Of a stretch of 64,000 nucleotides of DNA, positions 1-7,543 are shown piece after piece. The notes below the pieces were generated by a model. The model was not told the DNA's origin. It did not search any database and saw nothing but the letters and a program-made list of their open reading frames with translations. The position numbers and the translations under genes were made by a program. The stretch is taken from NCBI RefSeq assembly GCF_034434295.1, contig NZ_DAOTZQ010000001.1:31903-95902 (forward strand). Reading direction: 5' to 3'. Position 1 is the first letter of the stretch; every line of letters begins with the position of its first letter. This DNA comes from Chloroflexus sp. (GTDB lineage Bacteria; Chloroflexota; Chloroflexia; Chloroflexales; Chloroflexaceae).

Positions 1-488
1 CGGAACGTTTCCCGCCGCGCTGCCTGCAACGGACTGCTCCCCGGCACAACCTCAACCACGGTCAGATTAAAGACCTTATCAGCCTCGGCGCTGCTCAAAG
101 GACGGGTATCGTGATCAATCGCAATCCGCAAATCATTACCCCAGGCACCCTCACTGCTCGCCTCCAACACCAGGTTGTCTGTGCCACTTACCGGTGCGAG
201 GCTGAACTGCGCCCGCTGCGCACCGTTGGTCAGACGCACGATGAGCGCATCGGTACCCCCATTGAGAAAAAAGTGTTGCACCGCATAGCTCATCGTACTG
301 GCTTCCCACAAACCACCAAAGAGGCGCTCATAATCACCAAAATTCTGGATCCGTACTGGATCATTCACCGGGCCGCGCCGCGCCCGCCCAACGAAGGCGG
401 TAATCGATGTCGCCACACCGGTGATAGTACGCACGCCACTCGGCACCTCTTCAATGTACACACCCGGATAAGACAGCGTAACCGGCAT
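1..488 (-). CDS. contractile tail sheath protein (phage-tail-like / eCIS type), N-terminal 162 codons only; gene continues past the left edge
   Basis: Own translation of the minus strand from ATG 488-486, preceded by AGGAG with a 7-nt spacer: MPVTLSYPGVYIEEVPSGVRTITGVATSITAFVGRARRGPVNDPVRIQNFGDYERLFGGLWEASTMSYAVQHFFLNGGTDALIV..., open to position 1. The YPGVYIEE..SG.R.I.GV.TS..AFVG N-terminus is the hallmark of tail-sheath family proteins. It is absent from the ORF track because it has no stop in the window. ORF 111..503(+) is its antisense shadow. Confidence 0.8.
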   Translation of the reverse strand, partial: MPVTLSYPGVYIEEVPSGVRTITGVATSITAFVGRARRGPVNDPVRIQNFGDYERLFGGLWEASTMSYAVQHFFLNGGTDALIVRLTNGAQRAQFSLAPVSGTDNLVLEASSEGAWGNDLRIAIDHDTRPLSSAEADKVFNLTVVEVVPGSSPLQAARRETF

Positions 489-600
489 ATAATTGCTCCT
501 TGAACAGACCGACCTCTCCACCACCCAGACTCACCAGCCCACCCCATCTCATCAGCGCAACTCCGTGGCGTGCAGCAGTACTACCGCTCCTGCCTTCGAT

Positions 601-626
601 CACACACTGCGGGCACACACTGCGGG
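601..626. repeat. perfect tandem direct repeat, 2 x 13 bp (cacacactgcggg)
   Basis: Read directly: 601-613 and 614-626 are identical. It lies 113-138 bp upstream of the sheath gene start. Confidence 0.95.
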
Positions 627-1204
627 CCAGCAGGCGTAGATTGCCCTGCGATCCGTTTCATGGCCGGCAATGTAGCCAGCGGTGCGCCATAGTCAGCCAC
701 CGCAGGAGTGCGGGATCGTGGCTTCCGCATCCACCGTACTCAATACCAGGCCCCTGCTGCACCGGTCACCCCGCCACTCACGGCATCCACCATCATCTGG
801 CCTGTCACTGAGGATTGATCCGACCTTCCTATCACGACAAGCCAGCGGTCGCAAGCGGTACCCTGATACGTGACCCATCATTCCAGATCAACAGAGGCAG
901 TGGCACGCCCAACGTGTTAGAACAAACATCTTCCTCGATTGAGACAAGACCGGGAAAAGAGAAGGAAGCGAGAGGAATGAAGGTGATTAAAGTTGAAAAG
1001 AAGTTATGATTGAAGATATATATTTCCCGGTATTCATATCGCGCTTACATTATAACCATCTTGTCAAGACCAATATTCCAAGAAATTATCAACTTTTCTT
1101 TAACTTACAAGTATTTCAATTGTATTTTTATTCACAAACCATCGAATAACCCTCTGATTTATTGAACATATCTGAAATTTGCTACTAAATCAACCCATGA
1201 AAAC

Positions 1205-2026
1205 TCATGACAATTCATCCAACGCTACCCGAATCGCATGATGGTACATCGCAGATGTCATCAAATTGTTATGATCACCACCAACAATCGGATAAAAGGC
1301 CAGCGGCGCTGTCACTTCGTGCGCCAGTCGTTCACCATCGGCGAAAGGCACCACCGAATCATTCGTGCCGTGAATAATTACCACCGGACAACGCACCTGA
1401 CCGATCCACTGGTGAGAACGCAGAGGATACTTTAGCAAAAAGGACGGTACCCACGGAAACTGCCGACGGGCAATTGCTTCAATACTGTAGAAGGGACTCT
1501 CAAGGATCAACAGCTTCGGTTGATACGTCGCTGCCAATCGCGTGGCCAGCCCGCTCCCCAGTGATCTGCCATAAAGCACAATCTGCTCTTCAGGATAGCG
1601 TTGCCGCACCCATTCATAGACAGCGGCAGCATCGGCGTGCAACTCCGCCTCACTCCCAATCGTACCGGTGCTCTGACCATACCCGCGATAATCAACCATC
1701 ACCATCTCGTAACCATACTGAACCAGCTCCGGCGCCACCTCTCCCCAGGTACGCAAACTCCCGGCATTCCCGTGAAAATAGAGGATCACCCCTCTGGCCT
1801 GAGACCGGCGAAACCACAAAGCATGGAGCTGTGCCCCCTCAACCGGAATCAAGACCTCTTCAACCGGAATACCAAACTCATAATGTGTACCGGGCGGGTC
1901 GCGATCAGGAAAAAAGATCAGACGTTCTTGAAACATATAGATCACTCCGCAAATCGTTACATACCCTGGAACGAGAATGATGATGAGACGGAGGATGGTT
2001 GGGAGCATGTTACAAATCCTTACCAT
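1205..2026 (-). CDS. alpha/beta hydrolase (serine hydrolase fold)
   Basis: ORF of 273 aa with an N-terminal TM segment, HGNAGS oxyanion-type motif, GRSLGSG nucleophile elbow (GxSxG) and distal HGTNDSVVP and GGDHN (Asp/His) motifs. The start may be the internal Met at 2008. Confidence 0.8.
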   Translation of the reverse strand: MVRICNMLPTILRLIIILVPGYVTICGVIYMFQERLIFFPDRDPPGTHYEFGIPVEEVLIPVEGAQLHALWFRRSQARGVILYFHGNAGSLRTWGEVAPELVQYGYEMVMVDYRGYGQSTGTIGSEAELHADAAAVYEWVRQRYPEEQIVLYGRSLGSGLATRLAATYQPKLLILESPFYSIEAIARRQFPWVPSFLLKYPLRSHQWIGQVRCPVVIIHGTNDSVVPFADGERLAHEVTAPLAFYPIVGGDHNNLMTSAMYHHAIRVALDELS

Positions 2027-2225
2027 CAGACAATGAAGAGTATACGCTAAACATTATATGCATGCCTGAGTAGAACTTATTTCATAAAAGCTGTTCTGTC
2101 GTGCTACCCGATCACAGCACAGGTACAGGAACGCTTGCCAATCACCAACGACAGTGTATTCTGTGCCCAGCCTGTCTGTATGGAAACGAGGAGGTCTGAC
2201 GACCATCACCAGGGCCATCACTCGT

Positions 2226-2695
2226 TGGATTGGCGCCGTACCCGCTCGTCATGCGCGTGTCGCAGTGTTTGGAGTGCGGCAGCATGGCTGCCGCAGCAGC
2301 CGTGCTCACGATCCGGCGCGTGGCGCACTATTACCCCTCCTGGTCACGGAGATACTACATGTGCTCGTGACGATCATCGAGTCGGTCAGGAATGAATGAG
2401 CTACCTGCTCGTAGACGTTTGTTTGCAATAGGTTCTCGCCTGCACACTAGCGGCCACGGCCAGCACTTGACGGGGTGGCGGCGATGACTAGACGTGGGCT
2501 GGAAGTCCACGCTACTGGAAACCCGCGCCACGGGGAGCGCTTGCAGCCCGGCCTAACGCAGCAGGGGGCCATTGATTGCATAACCACATGGTGTGCGTGA
2601 CTCACGATGCGCCATGTCCAGCACACTGTGCTATGAAGCGTCATACCGGCTGCTGGATGACATGGGGTAATGCATAGCGCACAGCACTGCGGGAG
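2226..2695 (+). repeat. copy A (long form) of a conserved structured non-coding element
   Basis: Alignable by eye to 11934-12276 (copy D), and through its core to 5622-5785 and 11355-11555. It contains the hairpin GCGGCAGC-AUG-GCUGCCGC (2276-2294), the invariant CAGCCGTGCTCACGATC, and a second hairpin at 2310-2345. Reading frames are not conserved between copies. Confidence 0.75.
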
Positions 2696-2856
2696 TGGGA
2701 ACAGAGATGAGGGCGTTCCGCACCTACCACAACCCTATCTTCCGCATACGCTTGCATGTGCTGTCCGTCCCTGAACTTCTAACAGAACAGTATTGCACAG
2801 TCCCTCCAACTCCTTCCCCCGCCAACTGTCGAAAAGGAAACTTTTCCTTATCGTAA

Positions 2857-3060
2857 TTGTGATAAAACCCACAGCTTTTTCAAAATTTGTGCAACAAATC
2901 ACAAATTATATCGCGGTAAATTAGGCGCTCCATCCAGCCAAATTTGTACTTTTTTGCCCAGGATTTCTGTGCAGTTGGCGGGCAAAATATGGTAATATAG
3001 AAATCAGAGGTTTCAACCTTCGATATAATCATCAAGGAACAGGGCTATCTGAGGTTTCAA
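2857..3060 (+). promoter_or_regulatory. candidate promoter/operator region of the AP2-domain gene
   Basis: AT-rich stretch. Inverted repeat TTGTGAT (2857-2863) / ATCACAA (2898-2904) encloses the palindrome ATTTGT-gca-ACAAAT (2885-2899). Extended -10-like TGgTAATAT at 2990-2998 and TATAAT at 3024-3029. The 10-bp direct repeat gaggtttcaa (3007-3016 and 3051-3060) flanks the TATAAT and abuts the RBS. Confidence 0.35.
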
Positions 3061-3075
3061 AAGGAGCAATCAGCA

Positions 3076-3723
3076 ATGCCTCGTCGACACGCTGTGCGAC
3101 CGGTGAATCTGCCGGCTTCTGAGCCGACAACCGCTAATGGGCATCCTCAATCACATCCTGACAATGATCCGATGTCCGTCCTGCGCTATGAGCCGCTCCC
3201 CGATCTCGATCCAGATCAGGCTCGTCAGTTGCTATCGGCGCCGACCACACCGGTTGTTGCTGACACGAAGAAGTTGCCTGCCCGTCTCCGCCCAAAGACG
3301 ACAAAGCACAAGGGGATTACACGCATTGACCACCCGGCCAAGCGCACGTTCGGCTATTTTGTGCGCGTCATCTGGAATAAGCAGCGCCGCAGTAAGTTCT
3401 TCTCCGACTCGGTGTACGGTGACAGGCTGGCCGCACTCGCCGCGGCTATCGAGTGGCGAAACGCAACCGAACGCGAGCTAGGCAAGCCGCGTACCGAGCG
3501 TCAGGTCATCGGTGTTGCCCGCACCAGCACCGGTATTGTCGGTGTACGGCGCACGATCAAAGATGGTCGCGAGGTTTACGAAGCGACCTGGCGTGACGGC
3601 AATCGTATTCGCCGCACCTCTTACTCGATTGCCAAGCACGGTGAACGCCGCGCCCTCGCCCTGGCCCGCCGCGCTCGCGAAAAGTACGAGCGGCAACGCC
3701 AGCGCACCCCGGCAGCCGATTAG
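3076..3723 (+). CDS. DNA-binding protein with two AP2-like domains and a Pro/Asp-rich N-terminus
   Basis: ATG preceded by AAGGAG. There are two repeats of the AP2 pattern: GITRIDHPAKRTFGYFVRVIWNKQRRSKFFSDSVYGDRLAALAAAIEWRNATERELG and GIVGVRRTIKDGREVYEATWRDGNRIRRTSYSIAKHGERRALALARRAREKYE. No HNH or integrase domain is attached. Confidence 0.65.
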   Translation: MPRRHAVRPVNLPASEPTTANGHPQSHPDNDPMSVLRYEPLPDLDPDQARQLLSAPTTPVVADTKKLPARLRPKTTKHKGITRIDHPAKRTFGYFVRVIWNKQRRSKFFSDSVYGDRLAALAAAIEWRNATERELGKPRTERQVIGVARTSTGIVGVRRTIKDGREVYEATWRDGNRIRRTSYSIAKHGERRALALARRAREKYERQRQRTPAAD

Positions 3724-3751
3724 GTCCCTCCAGGTCTTTGTTGATTGCTTC

Positions 3752-3790
3752 CCCCCTGCATCGTGGTATGCAGGGGGATTTGTACATGTT
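3752..3790 (+). terminator. rho-independent terminator of the AP2 gene
   Basis: 10-bp perfect stem CCCCCTGCAT (3752-3761) / ATGCAGGGGG (3768-3777) with a 6-nt loop, followed by ATTTGTACATGTT. Confidence 0.6.
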
Positions 3791-4151
3791 GCACAATGTC
3801 TGATCACAGGCTGTCTGTCACACCCACTGGCATATTGCCCGCATCCCGCCTGCGCCACCAAACCACGCTACGCCAGGGTGCGCTACTGCCAGATGTCACC
3901 GGCACCGGGTATGGTTTCCAATGCTGGCCCAACAACGTTAGACAGTACGATCCCACCCTTATCTGACCGGCCTTGTCGCTGCCATCCATCTTGCTTGGCG
4001 AACAACGCACGATCACTGCGGGCCACCAGCACCTCACGGTTTGGTTGGTCTCAGACAGCGCTGCCACATGCGTATCAAAAACACCACTCTCGCCGTTGGT
4101 TGAGTTACTGAAAGACAACCTTTTTGTTGTGTGAAAATTAGAAAAATGTCT

Positions 4152-4157
4152 TATAAT
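4152..4157 (+). promoter_or_regulatory. candidate -10 box (TATAAT) for the XRE-cupin operon
   Basis: Consensus TATAAT lies in an AT-rich stretch about 40-50 nt upstream of the start codons at 4196/4205. There is no good -35 box. Confidence 0.3.
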
Positions 4158-4195
4158 AATGAACAGATCAAGCTGCCGAGTTAGAAAGATAGCCG

Positions 4196-4840
4196 GTGCC
4201 ATCTATGGTTGATCCAGTGAGTAGTCCGCATCTCGTTGGTGAAATTGGCAATGTAGACGTTGGTACACGCATTCGGACCCTGCGTGAACAACGGCGCTTA
4301 TCAATCCGCGCTCTCGCCGAGGCGAGTGGTCTTGCCGTCAATACCCTCAGTCTGATTGAAAATGGTCGCACGTCACCGAGCGTCAGCACCTTGCAACGTC
4401 TTGCAGTGGCTCTACAGGTTCCGGTTAGTGCCTTCTTTACGCCCGATGTGCCACAGCAACGTATCGTCTTCACCCCGGCAGGTCAGGCCATCGCCAACCT
4501 CTTCCCGCACGGTGCCCTGGCCGATCTCGCCCCAGGCATGATCAACCGCACCCTCGAACCGCTGCTGGTCACGCTCGAACCCGGCACCGGTAGTGGCCCT
4601 GAAGCAATTGTCCATACCGGACAGGAATTTGTCTTTGGTTTAAATGGGCAGATTCAGTACACCGTTGCCGATCAGATATTCATCATCAATCCGGGTGATA
4701 GCCTGCTGTTCGAGGCCGCTCTCCCCCACCGCTGGCATAACCCCGGCCATACGCCAGCCCAGGTGCTGCTGGTCTTGTGTCCGCTTGAATTACCCCGGAG
4801 CGTGATTGCCCGTCATAGTCCTTTATTAGCGAAGGAGTAG
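4196..4840 (+). CDS. XRE-family transcriptional regulator with C-terminal cupin domain
   Basis: HTH_3 signature IGTRIRTLREQRRLSIRALAEASGLAVNTLSLIENGRTSPSVSTLQRLAVAL, then a cupin-like beta-barrel segment (GQEFVFGLNG...GDSLLFEAALPHRWHN). The start is either GTG 4196 or ATG 4205. Confidence 0.85.
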   Translation: MPSMVDPVSSPHLVGEIGNVDVGTRIRTLREQRRLSIRALAEASGLAVNTLSLIENGRTSPSVSTLQRLAVALQVPVSAFFTPDVPQQRIVFTPAGQAIANLFPHGALADLAPGMINRTLEPLLVTLEPGTGSGPEAIVHTGQEFVFGLNGQIQYTVADQIFIINPGDSLLFEAALPHRWHNPGHTPAQVLLVLCPLELPRSVIARHSPLLAKE

Positions 4841-4845
4841 AAACG

Positions 4846-5247
4846 ATGCCAGTCCGAACCTTACACCTGAGTGAGGATGGAGTCAGCCGTGCCGAACAAA
4901 ACATCACGTTAACCCGGATTGCGCCTGGTCAGATTACGCTCAATAATCAGCAAGTGCTGGCAATCCACGCTCTTGATCGCTGCACGCTTGCTCTCGAAGT
5001 TCTCGGCGAAACCCATTACCTTGCTTCCGCCGATTACTGGCGTGCTGCATCCGGTCACAGCCGTATCGATACTCGCCAGGCCGGTTGTCTGTTAGGTTAT
5101 CTTGATAGCCTGGCAATCGCTGCTCGTCAAGTGCTGACGGCCTTCACCGATCAAGCCAACCTCTCCCCCCAGGCCCAGGCCGCCCTGACCAACCTCCGCA
5201 CAGCGTTGACTAGTCTGGAACTGGAAGCGAAAAAGAATGGTCATTAA
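4846..5247 (+). CDS. hypothetical protein, co-transcribed with the XRE-cupin regulator
   Basis: ATG lies 5 nt after the upstream stop and is preceded by GAAGGAG. Composition is coding-like and the gene is followed by a strong terminator. I recognise no family. Confidence 0.6.
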   Translation: MPVRTLHLSEDGVSRAEQNITLTRIAPGQITLNNQQVLAIHALDRCTLALEVLGETHYLASADYWRAASGHSRIDTRQAGCLLGYLDSLAIAARQVLTAFTDQANLSPQAQAALTNLRTALTSLELEAKKNGH

Positions 5248-5336
5248 TGCAATCTAACTACGATGCGTACACCGTCACGCCGCGCTGATCACATATCGCT
5301 GACCTGCTGTACTATCATCACCTGTTTGCATAATAA

Positions 5337-5372
5337 GAAGCGGGTGGGGAACCCGCTTCTCTGTCGTCTTTT
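5337..5372 (+). terminator. rho-independent terminator
   Basis: GAAGCGGGT (5337-5345) - GGGGA - ACCCGCTTC (5351-5359), followed by TCTGTCGTCTTTT. Confidence 0.75.
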
Positions 5373-5621
5373 CAATCTTGCCGGACAAGGTAGCGTCTAC
5401 TCAATAGCACGCCCGTGCCAGTTGGGAGAGTGACCTGGGCGAATCGATTACTGGCAGTCGTCTCCTGCATTCACACCAAAAAATTATTATGTCAATTTTT
5501 ATTAAGCAAGCGCCAGCGTCCCCCTGGAAACACGAGCCGCCAGCTCGCCCGTAACATGACACAGCATGCACTACAGACCCACACTGAACCGTTCACACCC
5601 AAAGCATATCCTGCTCCCAGT

Positions 5622-5785
5622 CTGGATAGGTTGCCTTGCCCGCCCATCATACCCGTGTCGCACAGTATGGAGTACGGCAGCATGGCTGCCGCACCAGCCG
5701 TGCTCACGATCCGGGTCGTGACCTACCGTTCACCCTGCGGGTCACGGGGATGCTGTGTACGCTCGGTCAGGAATAAATTGAGATA
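5622..5785 (+). repeat. copy B (short form) of the conserved structured element
   Basis: Shares the 5' leader CTGGATaGgTTGCC..CCGC..GTGTCGCAC, hairpin 1 (5675-5691), CAGCCGTGCTCACGATCC, hairpin 2 (5708-5743) and GGTCAGGAAT with copies A and D. It lacks the long 3' extension. Confidence 0.7.
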
Positions 5786-5972
5786 ACGGCTAGCAGGTGT
5801 TTTTTAAACTAAGTTCTACACTAGTGACACCCCACCAGCAACTCGCCAGTAGTACACCCGATAGCAATTCAGTACCGGTATGATGCCCGAACGATGCGCA
5901 AGCGCAGTAGTACGACACGCTGTATCCCTACCTCGTACCACCACATCAACGCTCGCCAACGATCCAACTCCG

Positions 5973-6833
5973 CTACGGAATGAGTGGCGGCGGTAAGACA
6001 CCCTGGACTTCCAGCTCTACCTTCCAGCGTGCCAGCAGTGCCAGTAGTAGTAGCGTGACCAGGAAACCGGCAATTCCTGGTAGCAACAATTGCCCTGGAC
6101 GACGAACCCGGCCATTCAAGCCGGCGAAGGCACTCACCGGTAACCCAATCGCAAACGTCATGACCCCCGTTACCCCAACCACGCTGATTAGAACTAGCGG
6201 CCAGGCCAGCAGAGCCTGGTCGGAAGCTATCGCCAGCACGACCAGCGCCAGTGCGCCAACCACCCACCCCATATCAGCCCAACTGCCAATCGGTGCCTGT
6301 GTGGTATCGATGAGGTCGGGAGCAAGCAGTGTTTGATTCGCCACCAGCAACAAACCGACCGCCATCGCTACCCCAAACCCCAACCCGGTAATCAAACGCA
6401 GATCATTGCGCGGCGGATAGGCAGCACCCCATCCCAGTTCGGCCACAGTTGAATTCAGGCCATCGACAGCCATGATCACAATCAACCCCAGCAGTGTCAG
6501 ACTAACCGGCAGTGGCGGTAGCCGTCCGGCCCGCCAGTGCCCACGCCAGGCAATCACACCCAGGGTTACCATGAGGCCGAGATAGATCCCACTGTCACGG
6601 GCACAGAGCGGAAACTGCACACCACCCACTTGAAGGTTGTGACTCTGGGCGCAGATTCCGTGGACGGCAAAAAAGAGGCGTCGTTCCAGGTCAAGGGTTG
6701 CCGCAACCAGCGGCAACAAACCGATTGCCACTATCATCCCGACCAAAAGGCTACCGATTCGCCAGCCATTGGGTTGACGCAAACCGGTTACCAACCGTTT
6801 TCCGAGCAGAGATTGTCTATTCTCACCTCGCAT
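5973..6833 (-). CDS. DUF2085-family integral membrane protein
   Basis: Multi-TM ORF with the HGICAQSH...FPLCARDSGIYLG pattern typical of DUF2085. GAGAGG RBS lies 5 nt upstream of the ATG. Confidence 0.7.
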   Translation of the reverse strand: MRGENRQSLLGKRLVTGLRQPNGWRIGSLLVGMIVAIGLLPLVAATLDLERRLFFAVHGICAQSHNLQVGGVQFPLCARDSGIYLGLMVTLGVIAWRGHWRAGRLPPLPVSLTLLGLIVIMAVDGLNSTVAELGWGAAYPPRNDLRLITGLGFGVAMAVGLLLVANQTLLAPDLIDTTQAPIGSWADMGWVVGALALVVLAIASDQALLAWPLVLISVVGVTGVMTFAIGLPVSAFAGLNGRVRRPGQLLLPGIAGFLVTLLLLALLARWKVELEVQGVLPPPLIP

Positions 6834-7042
6834 ACAACCTCTCTTCTCGTGGTTTAGAAGCTTTTTCGTCTATTCCTGTCGCACCCGAATTGACTACTTT
6901 CCCCCACGCAGTGATCCACCTGTCTGCTGGGTGACATGCAACAGCCCTGCGCCCACTTCCACGCTACTCAACACCCGCCACGTATCGCACCCATTACTAT
7001 CCTGACCTCTGACTGTTCAGCGATCCGCGCAGTGTCTGCTCG

Positions 7043-7540
7043 TCAACGTACTGCCTGCGGGCTATCCGTCAACTGAATGATCACCGCCTGCGCCGTACCA
7101 TCATGCACCGTCAGCCGGGCAACTGACAGACCCGCACCCCGTGGCGCACCAGCCGTCCCCGGATTCAGAAACAGAACGGAATTGTGTACTTCGCACAATG
7201 GCCGATGGCTATGACCAAAAATGTAGACCTGTGGAGATCGCGCATCAGCAGTCTTCGGTAACGATTGCACAAGATGGTTCGGCTTGCCACCGATATGGGT
7301 CAGATAGATCAACACACCCTCACGCTCAATCCAGCGACTCGCTGGATACGTCCGGGCCAGTTCCGTCCCACTATCAGTATTCCCGTGAATAGCAATCACC
7401 GGCGCTACTGCCTCAAGCTGCGTCAGCACCGCTTCATTCCCAATATCGCCAGCGTGTACAATCAACTGAACCCCAGACAACACCTGCAAAGCTGATGGTG
7501 CCAGAAAACCGTGAGTATCAGAAATAACCCCTATCTCCAT
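7043..7540 (-). CDS. metallophosphoesterase, YfcE/MJ0936 family
   Basis: Motifs ISDTHG, HAGDIG, HGNTD and GHSH in canonical order; 165 aa. Confidence 0.85.
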   Translation of the reverse strand: MEIGVISDTHGFLAPSALQVLSGVQLIVHAGDIGNEAVLTQLEAVAPVIAIHGNTDSGTELARTYPASRWIEREGVLIYLTHIGGKPNHLVQSLPKTADARSPQVYIFGHSHRPLCEVHNSVLFLNPGTAGAPRGAGLSVARLTVHDGTAQAVIIQLTDSPQAVR

Positions 7541-7543
7541 TAT

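Noticed and set aside
111-503. 130-aa ORF on the + strand in the ORF track
   Set aside because: It is the antisense shadow of the minus-strand sheath gene. The sheath gene has a strong RBS and an unmistakable family signature, whereas this ORF has no recognisable motif and an Arg/His/Thr-rich composition.
500-1009. Several 60-100-aa ORFs (500..811, 682..873, 693..881, 815..1009), plus a 10-codon mini-ORF MKVIKVEKKL (977-1009) with a purine-rich upstream stretch
   Set aside because: The compositions are Pro/Arg/Ser/His/Cys-rich, typical of non-coding GC-rich DNA. There are no RBSs and the ORFs overlap one another. The mini-ORF has no downstream gene on its strand to regulate.
2480-2535. Hammerhead-ribozyme-like GAUGA ... 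GAAAC arrangement in copy A
   Set aside because: The CUGAUGA box is imperfect (GCGAUGA). The GAAAC lies inside a 16-nt segment that is deleted in copy D, so the motif is not conserved within the family.
2135-2644. ORFs overlapping repeat copies A-D (2135..2395, 2154..2399, 2447..2644, 5415..5786, 5492..5707, 11332..11544, 11165..11434, 11754..12119, 11860..12048, 11865..12260, 11918..12268, 12064..12432)
   Set aside because: The shared peptide fragments (PCSRSG, AVLTIR, SSRAHDPARG, IVSTAGAA) arise in different frames and on both strands from the same conserved nucleotides. Indels between copies break every frame. There are no start or RBS signals.
2273-2695. Group II intron hypothesis for the repeat (GUGCG at 2274-2278 and at the equivalent position in D)
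   Set aside because: The element is only about 350-470 nt. I could find no domain V-like 34-nt hairpin with an AGC triad and no bulged-A domain VI. There is no IEP/RT ORF. Copies B and C stop after about 150 nt.
3724-4195. ORFs 3512..4111(+), 3745..3966(+) and 3804..4202(-) in the gap between the AP2 and XRE genes
   Set aside because: 3512..4111 overlaps the AP2 gene out of frame and runs through its terminator. The others lack an RBS, have odd Cys/Arg/Trp-rich composition and overlap each other.
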